Shown here: one piece after another, positions 37,830 through 47,275 of the stretch | Numbering within the stretch: position 1 is the first letter of the stretch | How the letters are laid out: each line of letters begins with the position of its first letter | Assembly: GCA_030432925.1 (NCBI GenBank) | Contig: JAUILT010000003.1 | Location: 1-59,022, forward strand | Length of the DNA: 59,022 nucleotides | Origin: Bdellovibrionia bacterium | GTDB lineage: Bacteria; Bdellovibrionota; Bdellovibrionia; Bdellovibrionales; UBA1609 | Direction: 5' to 3' | Notes under the pieces: model-generated | The model's database searches: none | Seen by the model: only the letters and a program-made list of their open reading frames with translations | What the model was told of the DNA's origin: nothing | Program-made: the position numbers and the translations under genes

Positions 37830-38999
37830 TTGCAAATCCTCAATCAAAACTATACAAGTGATAAACACACGAAACAACCTCAATTGAAAGAGAAAATTTT
37901 GTCTCAAATATCTGAAACTGCATTGGAGTTTCGGGGTGTTTCCAAAAGCTTTGGTGCGCTCGATGTCCTGAGAAACCTCAATCTGACCCTGCCAGTAGGA
38001 AAGGTCTACTCCATTATTGGCGAAAGTGGCTGTGGAAAAACAACAGCCCTGCGATTAATGAATGGATTAGAGCGCCCCACAAGTGGTGAGGTGTACTTGA
38101 ATGGTGAGGGCTTTGATTATTCTATGGCTGTCAGTATACGAAGGTCCATGGGTTACTGCCTTCAGGGATACACGCTGTTTCCCCATATGAATATTTTTGA
38201 AAATATGTCAGTCATTGCCAGAAAGTCTGGTTGGGACAAGGTAAAAATTAAAAAACGAGCTCTTGAGGTGATGGAGCTGATGGGATTGTCTGCCAGCGAG
38301 TATCTGGACAAAAAACCTTCTCAATTGAGCGGTGGCCAACAACAGCGCATAGGAATTGCTCGTGCTATTTTTATGAACCCTCAGATTTTATTGATGGATG
38401 AGCCCTTTGGTGCCTTAGACCCAATCACCCGTAATGAGATTCAGGAAGCCTTTATAGAACTGCAAAAGAAGCTATCTCTGACAGTAGTTTTGGTGACCCA
38501 TGATCTGGCAGAAGCTTTTAAAATGAGTCATGAGATTCTCCTTTTGGAGAAAGGCCATTTAGCACAGAGAGGTCGGCCCAATAAGCTTTTAATGCAGCCG
38601 GCAACAAGTTATGTCACCCATTTTTTAAAAACCCATTCTCCTGGGCACCTTTTAGAAGAAATCCCTATGTACACAGTTATGTTTTCTGATGTGTGTACGG
38701 TGAGGAAAGAGGGAGGTGGTTTTGTTATTGGAAACTTAGATGACGAAGGTGTAGCAAAATATTTGCCTTCGCGAAGAGAGCTTTTGAGTTATATCAATAA
38801 AAAATCAGATCTTCGGTTTTTTATCGATAATAACCGCCGACTCACTGAATATGTGGGGCCAATTCTCAAAGATACGGATAGTCTTCTTGATGGATTAAAA
38901 ACCCTGCTCAGCACTAAAGAAGAGGTTCTTCCTGTTGTGAATAAAGAAGCTTGTCTTGTTGGAGCATTTGGTAAGGAGGCCTTAGATGCTCTTTCTTAG
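37830..38999 (+). CDS. Osmoprotectant (glycine betaine/choline type) ABC transporter ATP-binding protein with a C-terminal regulatory extension
   Basis: Walker A GESGCGKTT, LSGGQQQRIGIARA and LLMDEPFGALD are present, plus a ~130-aa C-terminal tail where CBS pairs sit in OpuCA/OpuAA. The start is uncertain (37830 TTG in the track; TTG 37899 is possible). Confidence 0.82.
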   Translation: MQILNQNYTSDKHTKQPQLKEKILSQISETALEFRGVSKSFGALDVLRNLNLTLPVGKVYSIIGESGCGKTTALRLMNGLERPTSGEVYLNGEGFDYSMAVSIRRSMGYCLQGYTLFPHMNIFENMSVIARKSGWDKVKIKKRALEVMELMGLSASEYLDKKPSQLSGGQQQRIGIARAIFMNPQILLMDEPFGALDPITRNEIQEAFIELQKKLSLTVVLVTHDLAEAFKMSHEILLLEKGHLAQRGRPNKLLMQPATSYVTHFLKTHSPGHLLEEIPMYTVMFSDVCTVRKEGGGFVIGNLDDEGVAKYLPSRRELLSYINKKSDLRFFIDNNRRLTEYVGPILKDTDSLLDGLKTLLSTKEEVLPVVNKEACLVGAFGKEALDALS

Positions 39000-40482
39000 A
39001 GGTCGCCTGAAACGTCTTGTCGTTCTAAATGTAATATTTTTTCTTTTTCATGTGACGGGTGCTGCAGAAGGAAGAACCTACGTTGTGGGCAGTAAGATGT
39101 TTGGTGAGAATTATCTTCTGGCTGAAATGATGGCACAATACCTTGAAGCCAATAACTACGCTGTTGAGAGAAAGCTAGGGCTGGGAGGAACACTGATCAC
39201 CTTTGGAGCTCTTCAACACAAAGAAATTGATATTTATCCGGAGTACTCCGGAACCTTTGCCAAAGTCATTCTGAAAAATGAAAATATTGATAATTTTGAG
39301 GAAGTGCAGGAAGGGGCCCATTCAAAGGGGTTGCGTTTTCATGAACCGATTGGTTTTAACAACAGTTATGGAATAGCTGTTCGAAAGGAAGTTGCTGAAG
39401 AGTTTAATCTTGAGAATATTTCGGATTTAAAAGGAAAGTCAGGTTTAAAGGTGGCTTTCAATTTTGAGTTCATGAATAGGGAAGACGGTTGGCCAAAAAT
39501 AAAAAAAGCCTATGGGTTAGATTTTAAATCCATTAAAACTCTGGAGCAAACATTAGCCTACCAGGCTCTGGCTACAGGAAAAGTCGATGTTATTGTTGTT
39601 TATACGACGGATGGTAAAGTTCAGAAGTATGAAATGAAAGTTCTCAAAGATAATCGAGGTACTTTTCCCCAATACCAGGCAGCATTTCTTGTACAGCCAG
39701 ATCTGCCAGAAGTTATTCATAATCTGATAGGTGAATTCACCGAAAAAATAGATGAAGCAACAATGATTTCTCTGAATGCTCGAGTAGATGTAGATGGAGA
39801 GCCCTATCAAAAAGTGGCTACTGATTTTTTGTTAGATAGAGGATTTGTCGATACTTTTAAAACGGCTCATCTCGCACCTCGTTGGCAAAAGGTAGCTCTA
39901 AAAATTCTTTGGTTGACCTGGGAGCATATTTACTTGGTGTTGATTTCAACATTAGCTGCTTGTTTTGTAGGGATTCCTTTGGGGATAATATTATTTCGGT
40001 ACCAAAGGTTTGCAGACCCCATTCTCTATGCTGTGGGATTGCTTCAAACCATTCCATCGTTGGCACTTTTAGTCTATATGATTCCAATGTTCGGCGTATC
40101 TGTGCAGTCCGCATTGATGGCACTATTTTTATACTCACTTTTGCCTATCTTACAGAATACTTACTCGGGGCTTCAAAGCGTCAGTCCTCGATTGGTACAT
40201 GCAGCTCAGGGAATTGGACTTTACCGTAATGAGGTGCTGAGAAGTGTTGAGATGCCTCTTGCAGCTCCTATTATCATTGCTGGTGTTCGAGTGGCTGCTG
40301 TCATTAATGTGGGCACGGCTACAATTGCAGCATTCATTGGTTCAGGGGGGTTGGGGGAGCTTATTGTTCAGGGGCTGACACTGAATGATCTGAGTATTAT
40401 GCAACAGGGAGCCATTCCCGCAGCACTTCTTGCTGTGGTTGTGAATATTGCATTTACTTTTTTGGAAAAGCGATATCAGTAG
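38986..40482 (+). CDS. Fused substrate-binding (OpuBC/OpuCC-like) and permease ABC component
   Basis: After a signal or TM segment, the N-terminal ~290 aa has VGSKMFGENYLLAEM, IDIYPEYSG and VVYTTDG. The C-terminal ~200 aa is a 5-6 TM permease containing LYRNEVLRSVEMPLAAP. Confidence 0.82.
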   Translation: MLFLRGRLKRLVVLNVIFFLFHVTGAAEGRTYVVGSKMFGENYLLAEMMAQYLEANNYAVERKLGLGGTLITFGALQHKEIDIYPEYSGTFAKVILKNENIDNFEEVQEGAHSKGLRFHEPIGFNNSYGIAVRKEVAEEFNLENISDLKGKSGLKVAFNFEFMNREDGWPKIKKAYGLDFKSIKTLEQTLAYQALATGKVDVIVVYTTDGKVQKYEMKVLKDNRGTFPQYQAAFLVQPDLPEVIHNLIGEFTEKIDEATMISLNARVDVDGEPYQKVATDFLLDRGFVDTFKTAHLAPRWQKVALKILWLTWEHIYLVLISTLAACFVGIPLGIILFRYQRFADPILYAVGLLQTIPSLALLVYMIPMFGVSVQSALMALFLYSLLPILQNTYSGLQSVSPRLVHAAQGIGLYRNEVLRSVEMPLAAPIIIAGVRVAAVINVGTATIAAFIGSGGLGELIVQGLTLNDLSIMQQGAIPAALLAVVVNIAFTFLEKRYQ

Positions 40483-41564
40483 AAGGTTGAGTTTTGAGTG
40501 AGGACGCTTTGATAGATCCGACTGAGCTGGTTTCCCAATGTATCGATAAGTTTCGTGGAGTTGACTTTAGGAGCTTCGTTTTGAGATATTGTGTGAGCTT
40601 CTAGTTGATTTGGAAAAATAACTTGATTTTGCATGTCACCCGTGAGGTGTTCAAACTCCATCACAGATGGGTGCACTACAACTTTTTTACCAGCTTCTCG
40701 AGCCATTTTAAGTGCTGCGGAAATATCATTGGACCCTAAAGGAAGGTGTATGAGTGATACCAGAGAGCAGTTTCGAATCAACTGGCGGTTGCTAGTAGCA
40801 TCCACGGATTTTAATACAGTAATTTGCTTTTCAAAAGATTTTTCTTTTAGAGCCTGTCTGAACCTTCTGGATTGATAGTAATACCCCATCTCTTTATGCA
40901 GATGAAAAACAACTCCATTGTAATGGGACTGTTTTAAAAATGGCTCTAGCGCAGTCAGGCTGTCTTCCAATTGAGCGAGTGAACGGACGGGGCCACAGGA
41001 ATAAATGTAGTTTTTGAAACACCCAGTGACCCAATGAGATGCTGAGGAGCTGATATTTTGAAACCCAGAGCCTAGGACGTGGTAACTCTGATTATGATGA
41101 CTTTCAGTCAGAGAGCTGATTTTCAATTTGGTAAATTGGTCTTCGACAATAATGGCCTGGCTCATTCGTAGCCAATATCTGAGAGCGAGGGGGTGTGTTT
41201 TTGGTAGGGAGCCTTGTAGCTGTAGGATAAAGCCTGGGCGTCCAAAGCTCTGGAGAACTCCAGGGAGGGCAAGAAGGACGGCTTGGCTCGGAGGGATGAT
41301 AGGAGGAAATACAAAATGAACCACATCAGGCTGAAAGCCGTGGATGGCTCGTAAAATAGAGCGAATCTCAAAAATATTCCATTTCTTAAATGGCTGTAGA
41401 ATTTCAACATTTTTGTGAATAGATGGTGGAATATTGCTCTCAGACCATGTGCTTAGGATCCGAACTTTAAAGTTGCACTCTGCCACAGCCAGCACCAGTG
41501 AACGTAGGGTCTCTGTGTAGGAGGGGTCAAAAAAATGGGGTATAATTAAAAGGGCCTTGGACAT
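40476..41564 (-). CDS. Hypothetical protein, possibly a divergent GT-B-fold glycosyltransferase
   Basis: The 362-aa ORF has a GT4-like N-terminus (ALLIIPHFFDPS, PDVVHFVFP) but no clear E-x7-E. It is in an operon with mutT, pyrD and gdh. Confidence 0.45.
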   Translation of the reverse strand: MSKALLIIPHFFDPSYTETLRSLVLAVAECNFKVRILSTWSESNIPPSIHKNVEILQPFKKWNIFEIRSILRAIHGFQPDVVHFVFPPIIPPSQAVLLALPGVLQSFGRPGFILQLQGSLPKTHPLALRYWLRMSQAIIVEDQFTKLKISSLTESHHNQSYHVLGSGFQNISSSASHWVTGCFKNYIYSCGPVRSLAQLEDSLTALEPFLKQSHYNGVVFHLHKEMGYYYQSRRFRQALKEKSFEKQITVLKSVDATSNRQLIRNCSLVSLIHLPLGSNDISAALKMAREAGKKVVVHPSVMEFEHLTGDMQNQVIFPNQLEAHTISQNEAPKVNSTKLIDTLGNQLSRIYQSVLTQNSTFY

Positions 41565-41573
41565 GACTCACTT

Positions 41574-41984
41574 TTAAAACATATCTAGAATTTTATTGAG
41601 TACCTTTTTGTTAGCTTCTGGAAGGTTTTCAGATTTTAAGGTCTCCCTATCTACCCATTTGATTTCATGATGATGCACAGGCTTAGCGGTGCCTTTGAAG
41701 TACTTGACTTCATAAAATAAGAGTAAAATACCGGTTTCCCCATAATTGTGAGTGGTGGATAGCTTCAGATCACCAATGTCAGCCTCAATTCCCAGTTCTT
41801 CGTGGAGTTCGCGGGCTAAGGCCTCTTCAGGAGACTCTCCGTATTCAATCTTACCGCCGGGAAACTCCCAGACTCCAGCCATGGAACCACTCTCAGGCCG
41901 TTGCCCCAGCAGGAACTTGTTTTCTCTTTTGATCACACCCGTGACTACGGGAATCCATGTGGGCCTTTTTCGCTTGAGAGTCAT
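41574..41984 (-). CDS. mutT: NUDIX hydrolase (MutT-like 8-oxo-dGTP diphosphatase)
   Basis: Nudix box GVWEFPGGKIEYGESPEEALARELHEELGI. Confidence 0.85.
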   Translation of the reverse strand: MTLKRKRPTWIPVVTGVIKRENKFLLGQRPESGSMAGVWEFPGGKIEYGESPEEALARELHEELGIEADIGDLKLSTTHNYGETGILLLFYEVKYFKGTAKPVHHHEIKWVDRETLKSENLPEANKKVLNKILDMF

Positions 41985-41988
41985 GGAC

Positions 41989-42990
41989 TCAAGAATAGCG
42001 TTTTACTGCAGACTTAGCAACCTGAGCAAAAAAATGTGGACCCTCAAAAATAAGGGCGGCATAGACCTGCACCAGGTCAGCCCCCAACTCCAGTCGTTCA
42101 AAAGCCTCTTTGGGTGTCATGACTCCACCAGAAGAAATCAGGAGTTTGCCCTGTTTATTATTGCCCAAAATCTCTACAGCTTGTTTTAATAAGTTTCTTG
42201 ACGTTGGGGCAAGTGGCGCACCGGATATACCACCAGCGTCAGGAAATGGGAGCTGCCCTCTCAGTTGGGTAGTGGTATTTGTCAGGATCCACCCATCAAG
42301 TGCCAGGTCTAAACTTGTCTCAAGAGTGATGCCAAGCTCATCAATACTCTGATCAGGGCTCAGTTTTAAAAGGAGTGGTGTAGGGTTATTTCCACCAGCT
42401 ATTTCAAGGTTAGCGGCAACAATAGGCTCTAGGAATTGGCGAAGTTGTTCTTTATGAAGTAGATCCCTCAGGCCTGTTGTGTTGGGGCTAGAAATATTAA
42501 TGACAAATGCATCTGCAAATGGGTGCAGTGATTTCAAGCAAAAAATATAGTCTTCATGGGCTTTACTATTGGGAGTCCACCTATTTTTGCCAATATTGAG
42601 AAATAATGGTGTGTAGTAGGGACGAGGGATACGAGAGATATTTTTAACAAATTGTTCTAGGCCTAAATTGGGAAATCCCATTTTATTCCAGATAGCCATG
42701 TCTCCATTAGAGCGATCAATAATTTTACCCGGGTTGGAAGTTTGTGGTTGGGGGGTGACGGTGCCGAGTTCTTGAAATCCCACTCCAAACCGCCACCAGT
42801 CTTCTATGTGCTCGGCGTTTTTATCGATACCGCCACTGGTCCCCAGAGGGTTGAGAAAGTTCATTCCTTGCCATTCCAAGGGCCTCCAACGACAATGTTT
42901 GGGTTTGGTCACAAATCTGTGGGCCCTAAGAGCCAGAGGTGCCATTTTATAAGCTACTTCCGGGGGCAACAGAAGCCAGGGTTTCATCAC
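41989..42990 (-). CDS. pyrD: Dihydroorotate dehydrogenase (quinone), class 2
   Basis: GFPNLG, INISSPNTTGLRDL, GISGAPL and SSGGV are present. Its start overlaps the gdh stop (ATGA). Confidence 0.88.
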   Translation of the reverse strand: MMKPWLLLPPEVAYKMAPLALRAHRFVTKPKHCRWRPLEWQGMNFLNPLGTSGGIDKNAEHIEDWWRFGVGFQELGTVTPQPQTSNPGKIIDRSNGDMAIWNKMGFPNLGLEQFVKNISRIPRPYYTPLFLNIGKNRWTPNSKAHEDYIFCLKSLHPFADAFVINISSPNTTGLRDLLHKEQLRQFLEPIVAANLEIAGGNNPTPLLLKLSPDQSIDELGITLETSLDLALDGWILTNTTTQLRGQLPFPDAGGISGAPLAPTSRNLLKQAVEILGNNKQGKLLISSGGVMTPKEAFERLELGADLVQVYAALIFEGPHFFAQVAKSAVKRYS

Positions 42991-44270
42991 CAGGCCTGTC
43001 CCCGAAGCTTCATAGCTGTTTCCAGCCTTTGTAGAGAAACAGCCATCGCTGAGATTCTCATGTCTTTGTTCTTTTCTTGGGAGAACTGCCAGACTTTATC
43101 AAATGACCTGTACATGATTTCTCGAAGTTTGTTTCGAACCTCGTCCTCTTTCCAAAAGAGCCAGACAATATCTTGTACCCATTCGAAGTAGCTAACGACA
43201 ACTCCACCACCATTAGCGAGAATATCCGGAACAACGAGAACTCCTTTTTCATGAAGGTACTTATTGGCGACAGAGTTCGTCGGCCCATTTGCACCTTCAG
43301 CAACAATTTTGGCTTTGATGCATTCACAGTTTTTTTCTGTGATCACACCATCTAACGCACAGGGAGCCAATACATCTACATTCAGTTCAAGAAGGTCTTC
43401 ATTGGAAATAGCTGCTGTTCCAGGGAAGTTCTTCACAAAGCGGTTTTCTTTAACATAGCTAACGAGGTCAGCAATGTTGATACCTCTTTCGTTGTAAATA
43501 CCGCCTGTCACATCACTAACGGCCACAATGCGAGCTCCTAGAGCATAAGCCTCAATGGCTGCATGCATACCCACTTTACCAAAGCCCTGAATGGCTATGT
43601 TGGCATCAGAGATCATCATATTTTTGCTTTGAAGGGCTTTTTCAATAGTGTAGACAACACCTAACCCTGTGGCAGAGTCGCGTCCACGGGACCCGCCAAT
43701 CTCAATAGGCTTACCTGTAACAACGCCGGTTTGTGCATACCCAGACTCCATAGAGTAGGTGTCTAGCATCCAGGCCATGGTTTGAGAGTCTGTTCCGACG
43801 TCGGGAGCTGGGATATCTTTATCAGGGCCAATAAATGGGCCAATCTCAGAGGTGAATCTGCGGGTGAGTGATTCCAACTCAGTTTTGGATAGAGTACTGG
43901 GGTCCACCTGAATTCCCCCCTTAGCTCCTCCCAATGGAAGGTTTAAAAGGGAGTTTTTAAAAGTCATCAATGCAGAAAGGGCTGCCACTTCGCTTAAGTT
44001 AACGTGGGGGTGAAACCGGATTCCGCCTTTAAAAGGCCCGAGGGTCTGGTTGTGCTGCACTCGATAGCCGGTGAACATCTGAACCCGGTCATCGTCCATG
44101 CGAACAGGGACAGAGACAACGAGTGCTCGCCGAGGCACTTTGAGTCTTTCTAGGACATTGGGGTTTAGGTTGATCAAGTTACCGGCGGCTTCCAGGTTTT
44201 CAATAGTGTTTCGGTAGAGAGCTCCACTTTGCAAGGTCTGCATAACGTGCGTTTCCATCCTGTGCTCCAA
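42987..44270 (-). CDS. gdhA: Glu/Leu/Phe/Val-family (glutamate) dehydrogenase
   Basis: FKGGIRFHP, LPLGGAKGGI, IPAPDVGT, GFGKVG and EGANGPT. Confidence 0.88.
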   Translation of the reverse strand: MEHRMETHVMQTLQSGALYRNTIENLEAAGNLINLNPNVLERLKVPRRALVVSVPVRMDDDRVQMFTGYRVQHNQTLGPFKGGIRFHPHVNLSEVAALSALMTFKNSLLNLPLGGAKGGIQVDPSTLSKTELESLTRRFTSEIGPFIGPDKDIPAPDVGTDSQTMAWMLDTYSMESGYAQTGVVTGKPIEIGGSRGRDSATGLGVVYTIEKALQSKNMMISDANIAIQGFGKVGMHAAIEAYALGARIVAVSDVTGGIYNERGINIADLVSYVKENRFVKNFPGTAAISNEDLLELNVDVLAPCALDGVITEKNCECIKAKIVAEGANGPTNSVANKYLHEKGVLVVPDILANGGGVVVSYFEWVQDIVWLFWKEDEVRNKLREIMYRSFDKVWQFSQEKNKDMRISAMAVSLQRLETAMKLRGQAW

Positions 44271-44512
44271 CCCACGGGAGCACTTTCGTTAGATGTTCAG
44301 AATCGCTAGAGGATTCAAAAGATTAACAATTTCCTAACATCTTAAATGTTCGACCTCAAGGTGTCGAATGAATCTCGGTTTAGGGCCCCATTAATTCGCA
44401 TGAGAATGGGGGCGGGTCAAAGAAGAAACAACCCTCATCACAACAAAATTATGCGCTGCAAGAAAAATGTTTCTGCCTTGGTTTCTAGAGCTGTGGTAGA
44501 CACCTCAAAGGC

Positions 44513-45523
44513 ATGAAGCAGACATCTCTCAGTACAATAGACCTAGATGCCTTTAGGGGCACATTGAGTTCACGGCTTCCCGAACTGGACGGCAAAAGAG
44601 TGGCCATTATCGGGGATGTGGGGCTGGATGAATATGTTATGGGGGATGTGCGTAGAATCTCTCCAGAGGCTCCCGTCCCTGTTTTAGAAGTGGAACAAGA
44701 GGATCAAAGGTTGGGTTTGGCAGCCAATGTGGCCCAGAATATTGCCAGCCTGGGCGGGACAGCTGTTTTGTTTTCTGTGGTGGGAGAGGATCGTTCCCGT
44801 GAACGGCTTTCAGAGATGTTGAAGTCCGCCAGTGTCTCTCCAGAGTGGTTGGTGGTCGATAACGAGCGTCCTACGACAAGAAAGCTGCGAGTCATGGCAG
44901 AGCACCACCATCTTGTCCGGGTGGATTACGAGAAAAAGAAATATTTGTCTCACCAGGTGGAAGAGCATTTATTGAGAGCTTTTGAAGACCAGCTCCCCGA
45001 ATTGGATGCTGTCATTTTAGAGGACTACGCCAAAGGGGTTTTAAGTGAAAGTGTCTGTCAGCAGGTGATTGCAAAAGCCCGAAGGGCGGGTAAAAAAGTT
45101 ATGGTGGACCCAAGCCCCGGGACTCCAGCGGCCTATTATAAAGGGGCCCATATCATGACTCCTAATAAGGACGAGGCTTTTCGGCTGTCAGGTCTGAATT
45201 TGGATGATCTGCGTGAGACTGAGGACTCATTGCTTAAAGTGGGCGAAGCCTTGCTGAGCCTTATTGAGTCGGAAGAGATCATTATCACCCGTGGAAAACA
45301 GGGAATGACTATTTTTGAGAAGGGGGAGGCGATTCACCTTCCTACTGTGGCCAAGCAGGTTTTTGACGTGACAGGGGCAGGAGACACAGTCATAGCAGCA
45401 TTGGCACTGGCCTGGGCCTCAGGATGGAGTCTGGTGGACTCTTGTTCTTTGGCGAACCTTGCTGCTGGCGTGGTGGTCAGTAAAGTAGGGTGTGTGCCTT
45501 GTTATAGGAAGGATTTGGCCTGA
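44513..45523 (+). CDS. hldA: D-glycero-beta-D-manno-heptose-7-phosphate kinase (RfaE domain I / HldA-like)
   Basis: IIGDVGLDEYVMGDVRRISPEAPVPVLEV and DVTGAGDTVIAALALA (PfkB family). Confidence 0.82.
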   Translation: MKQTSLSTIDLDAFRGTLSSRLPELDGKRVAIIGDVGLDEYVMGDVRRISPEAPVPVLEVEQEDQRLGLAANVAQNIASLGGTAVLFSVVGEDRSRERLSEMLKSASVSPEWLVVDNERPTTRKLRVMAEHHHLVRVDYEKKKYLSHQVEEHLLRAFEDQLPELDAVILEDYAKGVLSESVCQQVIAKARRAGKKVMVDPSPGTPAAYYKGAHIMTPNKDEAFRLSGLNLDDLRETEDSLLKVGEALLSLIESEEIIITRGKQGMTIFEKGEAIHLPTVAKQVFDVTGAGDTVIAALALAWASGWSLVDSCSLANLAAGVVVSKVGCVPCYRKDLA

Positions 45524-45669
45524 ATTGTACGCCCTTTTTTGCTCTCTCCCTGACACTCCTTTTGACACTTAAAATGGTCTCTATGCCCAATAACTTTGAT
45601 TAGGTCTGGTCTTTAAATTGCTCCTAGAAGAAAGTAGCTTCAGGCGACCTGGAGCCACAGCGTTTTCAC

Positions 45670-45691
45670 CTTTTGGGCCATATCCCAAAAG
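45670..45691. promoter_or_regulatory. 22-bp perfect palindrome in the leader of the downstream exported-protein gene
   Basis: CTTTTGGG ccatat CCCAAAAG. It ends 4 nt before the GAGGAG Shine-Dalgarno sequence of the CDS starting at 45709. Confidence 0.5.
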
Positions 45692-45708
45692 CAACGAGGA
45701 GTCTTCAC

Positions 45709-46092
45709 ATGAGAGTTTTAATACTGGTATTAACAACGTTTTTTGTTACTTCGTCCTATGCATCTAATGAGAGCCTTTACAATGCCATTGCAGCAGTGAG
45801 TGGGGTTGCTAATATTATGGGAGGGAAGTCCGTTGCGATTATTGAGGACCTGAATTGCCAGAATTCCAATAGAACAGAAGAGGTCACTTGTAGTTTTATG
45901 AATACCAACGGTGATAATGTTATTGGTGTCTCCGGAAAGGCTGTTCAGATTTTACTGGATGAACTCGCTCAGGCAGGGGCTATCGCAAAAAAAGTACAAT
46001 GTCTAAGAGAAGGAGAATCTTCTGAGGGGGAACGGTTGGAGGCATTGAGATATGAGTGCCATATTGAACTCCACCTGCATGATACTGAGTAG
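45709..46092 (+). CDS. Small exported protein of unknown function
   Basis: ATG 45709 follows GAGGAG. The signal peptide is MRVLILVLTTFFVTSSYA. The protein has 4 Cys and no recognised motif. Confidence 0.6.
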   Translation: MRVLILVLTTFFVTSSYASNESLYNAIAAVSGVANIMGGKSVAIIEDLNCQNSNRTEEVTCSFMNTNGDNVIGVSGKAVQILLDELAQAGAIAKKVQCLREGESSEGERLEALRYECHIELHLHDTE

Positions 46093-46164
46093 CTGCTTTG
46101 TGGGCTTATAGGACTATTCTATGGAAAAAAGTGGCCATTTATGGTAGAAGAGCGCCTTTAACCA

Positions 46165-47244
46165 ATGAGGTCCCTTTTGATGGATGTACCCAATTTTTAT
46201 AATCTCACTCTGCCGGAACTGGCAGAGTATTTGGTTTCCAGGGGAGTGAAAAAGTTTCGAGCTCAGCAGTTATTTCGCTGGATTTATGGGGAGCGGGTCA
46301 AAGACTTTGAGGCCATGACCAACATTTCAAAAGCCCTTCGGGCGGAGTTGCCTCAGATGCTCAAAGTGGAGCTGCCGACAGTTCTCACAGAGCACCTAAG
46401 CACGGATGGCACTCGTAAGTACCTTTTTGACATGGGAGAGGGCAAGTCTGTAGAAGCCGTTTTAATTCCCACGGCAGGTCGGCTGACTTTGTGTGTGTCC
46501 TCCGAGGTGGGGTGCAATATGGCCTGCAAATTCTGCTATACAGCCAAGCAAAAGCTTCAACGACGTTTGGAGACCTGGGAGATTGTGGGCCAGTTCATGG
46601 CTGTTTCAGAAAGGTTGCCCGAAGGAATGCGCATTTCAAATATTGTTTACATGGGTATGGGAGAGCCTCTGGATAATTGTGAAGCTGTCTTCAGGTCCAT
46701 TGAAGTTCTGCATTCGCCCTGGGGGATGAATGTGTCTCGTCGAAAGATTACAGTTTCTACCTCGGGAATTGTTCCCATGATTCCCCAAGTGGCTAAAGCT
46801 GGTGTTCGTCTGGCTGTCAGCCTGAATGCCGTAGATGACGAGACTCGAGCTAAAATCATGCCGATCAACCGTCGTTGGCCTTTGGCAGATCTACTCCAGG
46901 CCTGTCGGGACCATTGCCAACAGACGGGCGACAAGGTGACTCTTGAGTATGTACTGCTGAAAGACCTCACAGACAGTTTAAAGGATGCTCGGAGGCTTTA
47001 TGAAATCACCCGGGATGTGCCCTGCAAAATTAATATCATTCCTTTCAATGAACACCCCAACTCTGGCTTTCATCGTCCCAGTGAGGGGCGCATCAACCGG
47101 TTTCAGGAGGAGTTGATGCGTCTCGGAGCCCATGTTTTACGCAGAAAAACCATGGGGCGAGATATTTATGCTGCCTGTGGACAGCTCACCACACTGCAGG
47201 AAAAAACGCCTAAATCCGTTGAACTGGCTCCTGTTCCCCAGTAA
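46165..47244 (+). CDS. rlmN: 23S rRNA/tRNA adenine-C2 methyltransferase (radical SAM)
   Basis: FRAQQLFRWIY, CVSSEVGCNMACKFCYT, MGMGEPL and AACGQL. Confidence 0.92.
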   Translation: MRSLLMDVPNFYNLTLPELAEYLVSRGVKKFRAQQLFRWIYGERVKDFEAMTNISKALRAELPQMLKVELPTVLTEHLSTDGTRKYLFDMGEGKSVEAVLIPTAGRLTLCVSSEVGCNMACKFCYTAKQKLQRRLETWEIVGQFMAVSERLPEGMRISNIVYMGMGEPLDNCEAVFRSIEVLHSPWGMNVSRRKITVSTSGIVPMIPQVAKAGVRLAVSLNAVDDETRAKIMPINRRWPLADLLQACRDHCQQTGDKVTLEYVLLKDLTDSLKDARRLYEITRDVPCKINIIPFNEHPNSGFHRPSEGRINRFQEELMRLGAHVLRRKTMGRDIYAACGQLTTLQEKTPKSVELAPVPQ

Positions 47245-47275
47245 AACGAGTTTTTAACAGGGGGAAATTCACAAA

